Source: a virus (taxonomy: Duplodnaviria; Caudoviricetes). From it: a DNA stretch of 64,000 bases. The notes beneath the pieces were generated by a model that made no database searches, was not told the DNA's origin, and was given only the letters and a program-made list of their open reading frames with translations. Made by a program: the position numbers and the translations under genes. The first letter of the stretch is position 1, and every line of letters begins with the position of its first letter. The stretch spans positions 11,817 to 75,816 of the IMG/VR virus record IMGVR_UViG_2706795919_000001. One strand, given 5' to 3'. Below are positions 1 through 10,228 of this stretch, piece by piece.

Positions 1-2
1 AG

Positions 3-3000
3 GGTAACGACGCGGTTGTGGCCGCGACGGAGCGGCTGACGGCGGCTCTTGAGGATCAGCGGCGCGGCGCGGACGCGGTAAACGACCTGGCCGACGCGAT
101 GGCGAAGCTGTCTCCGAACGCTCAGGATTTCGTCAACAAGGTCAAGGCTCTGGGCGGCGCTTGGAATGAGCTTCGCTTCGCGGTGCAGGACCGTCTATTT
201 GCCGGTCTGGGCGACGATGTAACCACTCTGGCGGGTAAGAGCCTGCCCATGCTCCGAAAGGGGCTAGAGGACGTTGCAGGGTCCCTTAACGGCAACCTGC
301 GTACGGCGCTCGGTGCGCTGGGTCAGGATCAGAACCAGGGATTCCTAGAGAACATCTTCGGCAACACGGCTGACGCTGGCCGGATTTTCGATCAGGCGAT
401 TAACCCGCTGATTGGTGGTCTGCTGCGGCTTAGCTCTGTTGGGTCGGACTCGCTGCCTCGTTTGTCGGACGCCTTTGGCGACGTGATGACGCGGTTTGAG
501 AACTTCATTACGAAGGCCGACGAGAACGGCAATCTTGACAAGTGGATTGATCAGGGTCTAACCGCGCTGACGGAGCTTGGTAACACGCTCCTGAATATCG
601 GTTCGATCATGAACACGGTGTCTGAGGCGTTTACGGGCGCTGGTGGTAAGTCGGTCACGGAGTGGCTTGAGACGAACACTAAGCGGCTCGCGGATTTCCT
701 TAAGGGTCCGGAGGGTCAGCAGAAGCTACGCGATATCTTTGCGAATGCGCGCGCTGAGTTCTCTAAGTGGGAGCCGGTTCTAAAGACCATTCCTGGGATC
801 ATTAAGAACATCGCGGACGCGGCTCAGAACTGGGCCAATATCGTGATGCCGTTCCTGAACACGGTTGCGCCGATCCTGCGGGATCATCCGGGCCTAGTCA
901 TGGCGATTTTCACGGCTTACATGACGTGGAAAACCGCTTTCCCTGTTATCCGTGGGCTTAACACGCTGATTGGTACCGATACGGGACTTGTCGGTGCGGC
1001 TAAGCGCGCTGGTAGGGAGATTGGCGAAGGCAAGGGTCTGTCGGGCAAGCTGCGTGCGTTTGGCAACCTGATTGGGCCTGGTGGCCTGGTCATGGGTGGC
1101 CTTACGGTGCTGGCCGGATTCCTGATCAACGATTGGGTTCAGGCTCAGCAGCGGGCAGCGGATGCGGTTCAGCATCACGCGGACATGGTTGCTCTGCTTA
1201 AGGGCAACATTGATTCGCTGTCGGGGTCGATGACGCAGCAGGGCTTGGTCGATACGATCAACGGCCTAAGTTCGTGGCAGGACCCAAGGGGTAACCGCCG
1301 CGACATTCCGATGATCGCTCGGGATCAGGGGCTTACGGACCAGTTCACGCGGGCTATGAATCCTACGGATCAGGCCGGGCGTAACGAGTTCGCTGGCACG
1401 GTTCGGGAACAGCTTCGTCAGGAGCTTGGACCTAAGCTCAAGGAAACGGTTGACACCGTTAACCATGAGCGGGATTCACGCGGCGGCGACGAGAGCGGTA
1501 CTCCGGTTCTTACGGAAGATGCTTTCCTAGACGCTCTGTTGAGCGGGCCGCAGACGCGTACGGACTTCGCCAAGAAGTATTTCATGCGCGAGACGCTGGA
1601 CAACTTCATCTTTGGTGAGGATACCGGTCTGCCGTTCAACGTTGGCGACACGCCTGGTCTGTCTAAGCGGGCGCAGGACCTTATCTCGCTTAACGCGGCG
1701 ACTAACGAAGCCGTGGACTCGGGATTGGCTCAGGGTCAGCTTAACCGCGACCTTGGGCGGTCGTTGTCTGGCGCTAATGCTGAGTTCCTGCCTGGTGGTC
1801 CGTTCGCTAACTTGGGTACGCCTCGGGCGTTCTACAACATTAACCGTGATGGTGGCGCGACGATTGAGGTTGATACGCCTCCTGATCGCCTGCCTCCGGC
1901 GCTTGTTGAGCAACTGGGTCAGTACAACATTGAGCCTTTGGCCGGTAACTCGGGTTCGTCTATCAAGGTGGACCCTGATCTGGCTAAGCAGTTCTTGCAG
2001 CCTCAGATCGCGCGAGCGGCTGGCGGCATTCTTAAGGGTCCTGGTAGCGGTACGTCGGACTCGATTCTGGCGCGCGTCTCTAACGGCGAGTTCGTTATGC
2101 GCGCGGCGGCGGTCGAGAAGTACGGTACGCATTTCCTAGACGCGTTGAATGCTGGCGCGCTTGGTACGGATGATCTGCCGGGCTTCTGGCTTGGTGGTCT
2201 GATCGGTGGTCCTAAGACGGATACGCCTGGGCCTTTCCCGCTGCCTCCGGGCACGCCGGGGCAGGTGCCGATGACGGTTACGCATGGTCCGACTAACGGG
2301 TTTGTTCCTGCCATTCCTGGCGCTCCGAACATTCCGGACGGTCCTCCGTCGTTCACGCCGGGTATTCCGGGTGCTCCTGGTGGAAGCCTTGGGCCTCAGA
2401 GTCCTACGGGGATGATCGGTCCGTTCGCGGTGCCTGCGAGCATCATTCCGAAGCCTGCGGCTCCTAAGCCTCCTACGGGGGTTAAGGGTCCTGCACCTTC
2501 GCTGAGTGGTCCGCAGAATCCGGGGCTATTCGATCCGGTTACCGGTACGTACACGCCTCTTAGCAGTGCTAGTGGCAATGTGCCTAAGCCGGGCAGGGAC
2601 GGCGATCCGGGGGAGACTCCTGGTCCTAACCTGCCTCCGACTGACGCTAAGTCTCCGTTCAACCCGCAGACGCACGGTTCCGGCGCTTCGCCTGGGACGG
2701 GCAACGGTGTTCCGCATCTAACGGGCGCTGCGCCTGGGCCTGGGGGCAGTGCGAGCCTTGTGCCTTCGGTGAGTGGCGATACCGGCAGTCCGCTACAGAA
2801 CATGATCAACGGTTGGAATCCGTCGCTTACGCCGTCCGCTAACGACCCTCTGGGGCTTAGTGGTCTGCCAGACAACTTGCAGCCGGTGAGCATTTTGGAG
2901 CAGGTTGGCGAGATTCTGCTAAGCGCGGTTCTGGGGTTCTTTGGCATTGATCCGACGTACTTCGGTATCGGGAAGAGGGTCTTTACGGGCCTCACCGGTA

Positions 3001-4403
3001 AGGGCGATAAGGATAAGGACGCGCAGAAGGCCGCAGTTCCGGGTGTTGACGAGCTTATGGCGGCTGATCCATACGCTTACTACGGCGTGGGTACGCCGGG
3101 CACCGCCGATATGGCTATGGGCTACGGTCCTGCGGCCACTCGCGCGGCGGCTATGGCGGCTCAGATGCAGGGTAAGCCGTATGTGTGGGGCGGTTCGACG
3201 CTTGACGGCACGGACTGCTCGGGCATGGTTATGTACGTCGCAGACGCGTTCATGGGTAACGAGTTCAAGGGCCGCTCCGGTGGCACCGGGGGCTTTTCGT
3301 CCACGATTCCCGCTAAGGGTGGCGTGATCATTGACGATCCAAGCGAGGCTCCACCGGGGACTCTGCGGATCGGGTGGAACGCTAGCCATACGGCGGGCAC
3401 GCTGCCTGACGGTCGCAACTTTGAGTCGAGTACGTACGGCAAGCCGATTGCGGTTGGCGCTGGTGCGTCGGGATACAACGATCCTCAGTTCACGAACTGG
3501 GCGTACTTCGCTGCGCCGGGTTACGCGGCTGGCGGGTTGCTAAGGGGTCCTGGTAACGGGACCTCTGATTCGATCCTGGCGCGCTTGAGTGACGGCGAGT
3601 TCGTTACTCGGGCGTCGGTGGTGTCGCGTAATCCTGGTCTGTTCTCGGCGCTTAACAGCGGCGCGATTGACCCGGCGATGTTCCCTAAGTTCGCGGACGG
3701 TACTCCGGTGCCGTTGCAGATCGCGGGGATGCAGACGCAGACGCCTCAGCAGGCGGGTCCTCTGCCTCCACCAGTTGCTCCTATGGCGGGTCCTCCGGGA
3801 CCTGACCCTCAGGCTCCACAGAGTCAGCCTCCGGTGACGGATACGGCGGCTCAGGCGCTCGGGGGTATCAGCCTTGGCGGCACTAGTGCGGCAGACGGCG
3901 CTCAGCCGGGCGCTGAGGGACCGGAAGGGGCTAACCCAGAGGTTGACCCACGGTCGATTCTCGGCGCGGCTCCGACGAACACGGACCACAACAACCCTGC
4001 TCTGTCTAAGGGCATTCAGGGTGCGTTTAGCACGGTGGGTTCGATTGCATCTATGGCGGCTTCGGCGGCTCTGTCGGCGGGCACGATGGGCGCGGGTGCG
4101 GCGGCTTCTGGCCCTGCATCGTCTGGCATCCAAGCGGGCGCGCAGATGGCCGGTCAGGTCGCTACGGGTGCTCTCAATATCCTGTCGAGCTTGCTTGTGG
4201 GTACGGCTCCTGGTCAGTCGGGCACTACGGCTAACGCTTACGGTGCTCCGGTTCTGCCTCAGGGTCCTCCGCAGAGTCAGCCTCGCGGTCCTGGTGTGGT
4301 TAACAACTACGGCGATATCCATACGGCTAACTACGAAGAGTTCCATAGGGGACAGCAGCGTAGGGAGGCGCAGACGCAGGCACCATTCCTGCCGATGCGA
4401 TAA
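3..4403 (+). CDS. Tape measure protein, C-terminal part (5' end lies outside the window), with embedded NlpC/P60-like domain
   Basis: Frame open from the window edge; Ala/Gly-rich helical ORF >1460 aa before minor tail genes; GKPYVWGG..DCSG..H motif; two AAGGxLxGPGxGTSDSILARxSxGEFV repeats. Confidence 0.93.
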   Translation, partial: GNDAVVAATERLTAALEDQRRGADAVNDLADAMAKLSPNAQDFVNKVKALGGAWNELRFAVQDRLFAGLGDDVTTLAGKSLPMLRKGLEDVAGSLNGNLRTALGALGQDQNQGFLENIFGNTADAGRIFDQAINPLIGGLLRLSSVGSDSLPRLSDAFGDVMTRFENFITKADENGNLDKWIDQGLTALTELGNTLLNIGSIMNTVSEAFTGAGGKSVTEWLETNTKRLADFLKGPEGQQKLRDIFANARAEFSKWEPVLKTIPGIIKNIADAAQNWANIVMPFLNTVAPILRDHPGLVMAIFTAYMTWKTAFPVIRGLNTLIGTDTGLVGAAKRAGREIGEGKGLSGKLRAFGNLIGPGGLVMGGLTVLAGFLINDWVQAQQRAADAVQHHADMVALLKGNIDSLSGSMTQQGLVDTINGLSSWQDPRGNRRDIPMIARDQGLTDQFTRAMNPTDQAGRNEFAGTVREQLRQELGPKLKETVDTVNHERDSRGGDESGTPVLTEDAFLDALLSGPQTRTDFAKKYFMRETLDNFIFGEDTGLPFNVGDTPGLSKRAQDLISLNAATNEAVDSGLAQGQLNRDLGRSLSGANAEFLPGGPFANLGTPRAFYNINRDGGATIEVDTPPDRLPPALVEQLGQYNIEPLAGNSGSSIKVDPDLAKQFLQPQIARAAGGILKGPGSGTSDSILARVSNGEFVMRAAAVEKYGTHFLDALNAGALGTDDLPGFWLGGLIGGPKTDTPGPFPLPPGTPGQVPMTVTHGPTNGFVPAIPGAPNIPDGPPSFTPGIPGAPGGSLGPQSPTGMIGPFAVPASIIPKPAAPKPPTGVKGPAPSLSGPQNPGLFDPVTGTYTPLSSASGNVPKPGRDGDPGETPGPNLPPTDAKSPFNPQTHGSGASPGTGNGVPHLTGAAPGPGGSASLVPSVSGDTGSPLQNMINGWNPSLTPSANDPLGLSGLPDNLQPVSILEQVGEILLSAVLGFFGIDPTYFGIGKRVFTGLTGKGDKDKDAQKAAVPGVDELMAADPYAYYGVGTPGTADMAMGYGPAATRAAAMAAQMQGKPYVWGGSTLDGTDCSGMVMYVADAFMGNEFKGRSGGTGGFSSTIPAKGGVIIDDPSEAPPGTLRIGWNASHTAGTLPDGRNFESSTYGKPIAVGAGASGYNDPQFTNWAYFAAPGYAAGGLLRGPGNGTSDSILARLSDGEFVTRASVVSRNPGLFSALNSGAIDPAMFPKFADGTPVPLQIAGMQTQTPQQAGPLPPPVAPMAGPPGPDPQAPQSQPPVTDTAAQALGGISLGGTSAADGAQPGAEGPEGANPEVDPRSILGAAPTNTDHNNPALSKGIQGAFSTVGSIASMAASAALSAGTMGAGAAASGPASSGIQAGAQMAGQVATGALNILSSLLVGTAPGQSGTTANAYGAPVLPQGPPQSQPRGPGVVNNYGDIHTANYEEFHRGQQRREAQTQAPFLPMR

Positions 4404-4423
4404 CTAAATACGGAAACGCGGTT

Positions 4424-4470
4424 AGGCCGCTCGGTTAAGGGTTCCAATCCCTTGGCCGGGCGGCCTTTCC
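4424..4470 (+). terminator. Hairpin after tape measure, possible intrinsic terminator
   Basis: AGGCCGCTCGGTTAAGGG / CCCTTGGCCGGGCGGCCT stem followed by TTCCC. Confidence 0.55.
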
Positions 4471-4491
4471 CGTTAGAAAGACAACTGAATA

Positions 4492-5382
4492 GTGACCGAT
4501 TTTCTCAAGATTGAATTGAAGGGTCGGGACGGTTCGCTTTGGAATCTATCGGGTCCCGGCATGGGCGCGCAGGGTGTGACGCTTTCGCCTGGTGCGTTGG
4601 AGAACTTCTACGACGCTCCGGTTAAGACGCTTTACGTCCCTGGTCCGTTCGGTGAGGAATACGCCGGGAAGCGCGCGCAGCGCCGCGAGATTGTGTTTAC
4701 GGTCCAGGCGTTCGACGGCGAGCCGGAAACGTGGTCAACCATCGACTCTAAGTGGCGGTGGGCGTGGGATTACGACGAGGAATCTGAGCTAAGGGTTACG
4801 ACGGCTGACGGTACTCGGTACCTAAAGGTGCGCCTGATGGAAGCGCCTAAGCCTTACTACGAGAAGGACCCGCATATCACTGCGGATAACCCAATCGTGA
4901 TGACTGTGACCGCTACGTTCCCTTATTGGCGGGAAACCGCTAAGGAATACAAGTGGTCAACCCTGCAAACGCAGGACATGACGACTTTTGACATTTTCAA
5001 CTACGGCGATGTGCCGATCTTTTTGCGGTGGTTCGTTACGGCTCCCGGTCTGTGGATTCTCCCGGACTTCTCTTGGGGCAACGACATGTACTCGCGTGGC
5101 CTTGAGGATCAGGGCCGCACCATTCCTCTGCCTGAATTGGTAGAGAACGAGCACTGTTCGGTGGACTCGGACCCTCGCGTTCAGACGATCATTGCGGTTA
5201 ACGGCTCCCCGGTGCAGCACCGCTGGAAGGGCAACGACCTGCTTTACCCGCTGATGCCGGGTAAGGGCGGGAAGGTCCCGGTACGGCTTAAGAACGCTCC
5301 GCAGGGTGGCGCTATCAAGCTGACGCAGGAGCGTTGGCACTCGCGGCCTTGGTCGCGGCCAGGGGTGTTGCCGAATGGCTAA
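4492..5382 (+). CDS. Minor tail protein (distal tail-like)
   Basis: 296 aa directly after tape measure; typical actinophage synteny. Confidence 0.85.
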   Translation: MTDFLKIELKGRDGSLWNLSGPGMGAQGVTLSPGALENFYDAPVKTLYVPGPFGEEYAGKRAQRREIVFTVQAFDGEPETWSTIDSKWRWAWDYDEESELRVTTADGTRYLKVRLMEAPKPYYEKDPHITADNPIVMTVTATFPYWRETAKEYKWSTLQTQDMTTFDIFNYGDVPIFLRWFVTAPGLWILPDFSWGNDMYSRGLEDQGRTIPLPELVENEHCSVDSDPRVQTIIAVNGSPVQHRWKGNDLLYPLMPGKGGKVPVRLKNAPQGGAIKLTQERWHSRPWSRPGVLPNG

Positions 5383-7138
5383 TACCGACTGGCAGAGCAT
5401 CTTGGCGGCGGCTGACGGTGACGAGTGGGCGGCGTTTAGCTCGCTTGAGGACCAGGCGCAGACGGTGCGGGATCAGCACGCGGGAATCCGGCGCGCTAAG
5501 CCTCTGATCCGGTTGTGGATGAACAACCCGGAGGGTGACGCGGGCCTGGTCTACGTGGGGCGCGTCGATTACGACGACACCATTAACGGCAGCTTCCCGT
5601 TTAAGAACAACACGCCGTCTCAGGGCATCTTGAACCTTCGGGATGATCACTACTTGGCGGTGTGGCTTAAGAAGCTGCCTAACGATCCGGCGCTTAAGAA
5701 GAACGTCGTTATTACGGTGGACTTCTACGGCGGTAAGAAGCGGTGGAGTGGGCTGCTAGATCACTGGAAGATAATCACTAAGGATCACGTTAAGCAGCTT
5801 GAAGTTACGTTTAACGATGACCTGACTTTCTTGCAGTACCTTTTGTGCCCTCCTAACCCGTTCCTACCAATCCCGGTCCTGCAATTTCCGCGCATTTTCG
5901 GGCTGGCTGGCCCGGCAAAATGGACGATTAGCGTACTAATCCTAATCAACCTAATGCGTGTCCAGGGGAACTGGTGGAATCTGCCTGACGACCCCTTTGA
6001 CCTTGAGTCTTGGGACGACGCTTTTGACTGGTCGGATTGGCAGTGTTTCGTTAAGGCGAATTCGTTCCTGCTAGACGATTCCTCGCTGTGGACTTTCGTG
6101 TCCTCGCGTATGAATCCGATTGACTCGGTTATTGCCGATTCGCTGGACGACGCGCAGCTTACGATCACTTACCGGCGCATCCTTACGGATGACGGCGAGG
6201 TTAGCGATATTCCGGGTGTTCCTAACCCTAAGAATGGCGCTCTCGTCTTTGAGGTTGTCGATAACTCTAACGCTACGGCGCTTGAGGGGACCTTCTTTGA
6301 GGGGACCATCGTTGACGGCTTCGCGCGGTCGGTGCTGGTGTACGGCGGCGGCTTCGTTGAGGACACGCTGAGCACGGTTGGCGACGACCAGACGTTGCAG
6401 CCTGACGAGTATTACCAGTCGGGATTCCTAGCGACTATGGCGAAGATGCCTTGGCTGGTGGTCCGAGATAACGAGTGGACGCCTATTGAGTCGTCCGATC
6501 TAAGCTGGGGACCGGCTAAGAACGTTAGCGTTGTGGTCGGTGGCGATAACCCGGCTGCGGACGCTATCGCTAAGCTGATCATCACCACAACCGGAAACTT
6601 GCTGGGCTATATGTTGCTCGGCGGTTTCTCGTCTGCGGGCGATATCGCAGCGGACATAATCATGCCGTTTATCGTCGGCACGATTGCAGCGTGGCTGTAC
6701 TGGAAAAACACCGGTCGAGCTACGCAGTTGGGGTGGGTCCACTACTGGGAGCTTTACCAGCAAGGCGCGGAGTCTAACTCCTGGTCGCTAGCGGCCCTTG
6801 CGGCTTTGCGAGGCGGGTTCCTGGTTGGGCGTGCGGAGACCGTTCACACGATGGCTCTGCATGACTCTTGGATCATTCCGGGTCTGCATATCGACGTGGG
6901 TCAGCGTATGGGATCGACGGTCAACTCTAAGGGCGTTGAGCAGATCATCTGGGTTAACCAGCTTGAGGAAATGACTGCGGCTTGGGATCACTCTAGCGGG
7001 GGGCAAATGCCGCTTAGCTGGGTGCTTAAGGCCGGTAAGTCTGATCGCGCTATGAGCATGGGCGAGCGTATGGCTCGTTTGACGAAAAAGATGAGTGAAG
7101 CTCTCAACAACGTTGGTGTCCAACTGGTTGCGAGCTAA
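5375..7138 (+). CDS. Minor tail protein (baseplate hub-like)
   Basis: 587 aa; PLIRLW, PNPFLP..QFPR motifs typical of mycobacteriophage minor tail proteins. Confidence 0.85.
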   Translation: MANTDWQSILAAADGDEWAAFSSLEDQAQTVRDQHAGIRRAKPLIRLWMNNPEGDAGLVYVGRVDYDDTINGSFPFKNNTPSQGILNLRDDHYLAVWLKKLPNDPALKKNVVITVDFYGGKKRWSGLLDHWKIITKDHVKQLEVTFNDDLTFLQYLLCPPNPFLPIPVLQFPRIFGLAGPAKWTISVLILINLMRVQGNWWNLPDDPFDLESWDDAFDWSDWQCFVKANSFLLDDSSLWTFVSSRMNPIDSVIADSLDDAQLTITYRRILTDDGEVSDIPGVPNPKNGALVFEVVDNSNATALEGTFFEGTIVDGFARSVLVYGGGFVEDTLSTVGDDQTLQPDEYYQSGFLATMAKMPWLVVRDNEWTPIESSDLSWGPAKNVSVVVGGDNPAADAIAKLIITTTGNLLGYMLLGGFSSAGDIAADIIMPFIVGTIAAWLYWKNTGRATQLGWVHYWELYQQGAESNSWSLAALAALRGGFLVGRAETVHTMALHDSWIIPGLHIDVGQRMGSTVNSKGVEQIIWVNQLEEMTAAWDHSSGGQMPLSWVLKAGKSDRAMSMGERMARLTKKMSEALNNVGVQLVAS

Positions 7139-7262
7139 GGGATAAACACCCGCGTTCCTACTGACGTGGGCAGCCCATATAAGTGCTGCCGTAAATCGAG
7201 TCCGGGTTATCAGCCACGCCGAGGGGCGTAAAGGCGTGGCACCAAACTTTTAAGGGGTAATT

Positions 7263-7712
7263 GTGGCTAAGACGCAAGCGGAGTCCAATTTGGACGATCC
7301 GAAGGAAATGTTCGCGTGGATGTTTGCGGCGGGTGTGCCTGACCCAAGGGATACGGAGGGGAAGTTTCCCAACCAGCCGCTTATCCCGCCGATGTGCTTT
7401 CCGGTGCTAAGCGAAATGCTCTACCGGATGGGCGCGCGGTTCCACCCGGAATTGCAGACGGTGTGGGTCAAAGAGGGTGTTGGGCCGGAGCGGAATTTCC
7501 AGGCTAACGGCACGACGGACATTAAGCCTGAGGACATTGAGGCCGACGTGGCAGAAATGCTGGCCGATCAGTTCCCGGAAATCGCGCAGAAGATCAGTCA
7601 GGTTACTCCGGCGACTCACCAGGCCGCGCTTGAGCAGACCAGTAAGGAACTGCTCGCCAACCTGGCTGAGCTTAAGAAGGCGCGCGCGCAAATGGAGGGA
7701 GGTAGCGCCTAA
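7263..7712 (+). CDS. Minor tail region protein (DUF2744-like)
   Basis: DPKEMFAW and GARFHPELQT motifs; synteny. Confidence 0.7.
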   Translation: MAKTQAESNLDDPKEMFAWMFAAGVPDPRDTEGKFPNQPLIPPMCFPVLSEMLYRMGARFHPELQTVWVKEGVGPERNFQANGTTDIKPEDIEADVAEMLADQFPEIAQKISQVTPATHQAALEQTSKELLANLAELKKARAQMEGGSA

Positions 7713-10219
7713 TGGGTGCAAACCTACCCAATAAGCAGGACGGGCTTGACCCCGGCGCGTGGCTCGCGCATTGGATGCTTACCAACGACCTGTCGAAGCT
7801 GGCGAACCGCACAGAGGATCAGGTACGGGAGTATTTCGCCGCTCAGGTGCAGAACGACGGCGGGTGGACTGACGCGTCTACGACGTTCTTTCAGATGATC
7901 CTTAGCGGGTTCCAGAACCTTGGCGAGTTCACGTCCCTGATCGTTCAGGCGATTACGGGCGAGCCGGGCGCGCTAACGGACCTACAGGCGTTCCTAAGTG
8001 ATCGCTGGGCTGACCTAGCGGCTGCGTTCGGGGCTATCGCTGAACTGATCGACGGTATCGCCGGTAAGGCTGGCGCGACGTTGGTTGAGGCGATTGAGAA
8101 GCTGGCGACGTACCTGACGGAGGAATCTCCGCTTAGCGCGCTTAACCTGTTCGGCCAGATCAATCCGGGCAACCTGGGGCAGGTCGGGCTTGGGTCTATC
8201 GGCCTGGTGTCCCCGGAGCTGCTTGACAACGGCGGCATGAACAGCGCCATTTCCGTTAAGAACAACCCGGACTTTGTGTGGGACGGAACGGTCGGCCACT
8301 CCAATGTGGGGTCGGCTAAGACGACCGCTAACGGGTCGATTAAGACGCTGCGCTCTAACACCGTCAATGTCACGCAGAACGAGGAACTGTCGGTGTCCGT
8401 CTGGGCCAATTACTCGGGCGTGACGGCGACGGCGGGCCAGAACGGTATCCGCTTGTCGGTGTCGGCCTACTCGGACAACGATGGGGTTCTGTCGCTCGTC
8501 AGCACGACGATGATTGAGGGCATTGCCTCTCCAACGGGCACTGCGGGCGGCTGGGTTGAACTCTCAGGCACTTACACGGTCCCGGCAGGGGTTGATGTGG
8601 TCGTGGCTGAATTGACCGTCACAAGCGCTGTGAGCGCCGGAACGGTTTGGTTCGATGACGCCTCGCTGAAAAAGAATCCGAACTTCCGTATGGAATGGGT
8701 TAGCGGCCTGGTGTCTCGGTTCAGCCAAGTCACCGCTGAGCTAGAGGACGCCATTAGCCAGGTGTTGCACCTAGACGAGTGGCAGGACTTTCTAGATCAG
8801 GTCAAGGGCGGCGTCGGTGGCACCATTGCCGACTTGCTAAGCAAGATTCAGTGGCTCACTGGCGGCGGGCTGTTCGATGCGTCGAAGCTGACGAACGCAA
8901 GCAACATCGTTAACCTGCCGGGCGAGAAGGTTTCGGGCATCGCGTCGAACATCGTCGAGGACTTCCAGAACAACATTGACGCTCTGGTGAACCGGCTATT
9001 CGGCAGCAACAACTCTAACCAGACGCTAGCGGACGCTAACGAGGCGCTTAAGTCGCTTAAAGAGACGGTTATGGGCCTGTCGCAGGACGTGCAGGACTTG
9101 AAGATTCAGGCGACGGGCGACAGTAACTCGGGCAAGAACTACCGGGTTGACTTCACTAAGCTGCCGCCTTCGTCGGACTTCTCTACGGCTCCGTTCGATC
9201 TGACCTACCTGAACAGCACCGGCCATCTGCGGATCAACAGTCAGGCTGAGTGGGTCGAGGGCAGCGGCGCGGACAACTACGTGCTGGCTCGCTATACGGG
9301 CGGCGTGACGGACACCGACTACCAGTTGATTCAAGCGACGGTGGCCGGGCCTCCGGAGGTTGGCGCGTCTAACTGGGCTTGCGCGCGCATGAGCGCCGAC
9401 AAGCAGAACTTCGTCTACGCGAAGGGCTACCGGGCGGGCGCGTTCGGTCTGGGCTTCTACGCGGAGCTTGGCTGCTACGTGAACGGCGTGCCGCACGTCT
9501 TTCAGACGAATATCCCGGCGACGTACAACTACAACCTGTCGGTCCGTGTCGGTATCTCGGGCAACCCTTACCGGTTCCAGGTGCTTAGCGGTTCCAAGGT
9601 GGTGGCTGACTTTACGGACACCACGCATGTCAGTCAGATAGGCGCTAACTACCGGGGCTGGGGATTCCTGTCGATGACGGGTAACTCGGGTTCGGCCTCA
9701 CCGGCTCCGGCTGCCTTCGTTGGCTGTTCGGATAACGCTCCGGTGGCGGTGGTCGGTACGACGATGCGTGCGTACCGGTCGGTGACTTCTAACGTCACGC
9801 CGTCTACCGGCGATGTGGTGCTGCCTGCTAACACGTTCGATGTTGTCGATTACAAGAGCGCTGACCTTGTGTGGGACCCGGCGATTAACGCGGTGGGAAT
9901 CACTAAGGACGGTACTTACCTCTGCACGGCGCGATTGGAGTACGACAACGTTGCAGGCATGGGTGCTACTGACTGGCATCTGATCTGGTACGTCAACTCG
10001 GTCATTAAGGCGATTGGTAAGCCAACTAAGTCGGTGTTGATTAACGGCTTCGGCGTCCCGGCCACTTCGGCTGACTCGGGCGTCGGTGGCGATCCGTTCG
10101 TCTACTACCTGAAAGCAGGAGACATTCTGCAAATCGGTATGGGTTCGACGGGTTCAACGCAGATCAAGGGCGAGAGCACAGGCAAGTGGACGCACTTCAC
10201 CATTACTAAAATCACCTAA
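7712..10219 (+). CDS. Minor tail protein with carbohydrate-binding-like domain
   Basis: 835 aa; GTVWFDDASL beta-sandwich motif; TAATG overlap with upstream gene. Confidence 0.82.
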   Translation: MGANLPNKQDGLDPGAWLAHWMLTNDLSKLANRTEDQVREYFAAQVQNDGGWTDASTTFFQMILSGFQNLGEFTSLIVQAITGEPGALTDLQAFLSDRWADLAAAFGAIAELIDGIAGKAGATLVEAIEKLATYLTEESPLSALNLFGQINPGNLGQVGLGSIGLVSPELLDNGGMNSAISVKNNPDFVWDGTVGHSNVGSAKTTANGSIKTLRSNTVNVTQNEELSVSVWANYSGVTATAGQNGIRLSVSAYSDNDGVLSLVSTTMIEGIASPTGTAGGWVELSGTYTVPAGVDVVVAELTVTSAVSAGTVWFDDASLKKNPNFRMEWVSGLVSRFSQVTAELEDAISQVLHLDEWQDFLDQVKGGVGGTIADLLSKIQWLTGGGLFDASKLTNASNIVNLPGEKVSGIASNIVEDFQNNIDALVNRLFGSNNSNQTLADANEALKSLKETVMGLSQDVQDLKIQATGDSNSGKNYRVDFTKLPPSSDFSTAPFDLTYLNSTGHLRINSQAEWVEGSGADNYVLARYTGGVTDTDYQLIQATVAGPPEVGASNWACARMSADKQNFVYAKGYRAGAFGLGFYAELGCYVNGVPHVFQTNIPATYNYNLSVRVGISGNPYRFQVLSGSKVVADFTDTTHVSQIGANYRGWGFLSMTGNSGSASPAPAAFVGCSDNAPVAVVGTTMRAYRSVTSNVTPSTGDVVLPANTFDVVDYKSADLVWDPAINAVGITKDGTYLCTARLEYDNVAGMGATDWHLIWYVNSVIKAIGKPTKSVLINGFGVPATSADSGVGGDPFVYYLKAGDILQIGMGSTGSTQIKGESTGKWTHFTITKIT

Positions 10220-10228
10220 GGGGGGCTT

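Noticed and set aside
7160-7203. Hammerhead ribozyme
   Set aside because: CTGACGT and GTAAA deviate from the required CUGANGA and GAAA core, and stems I and III are not evident
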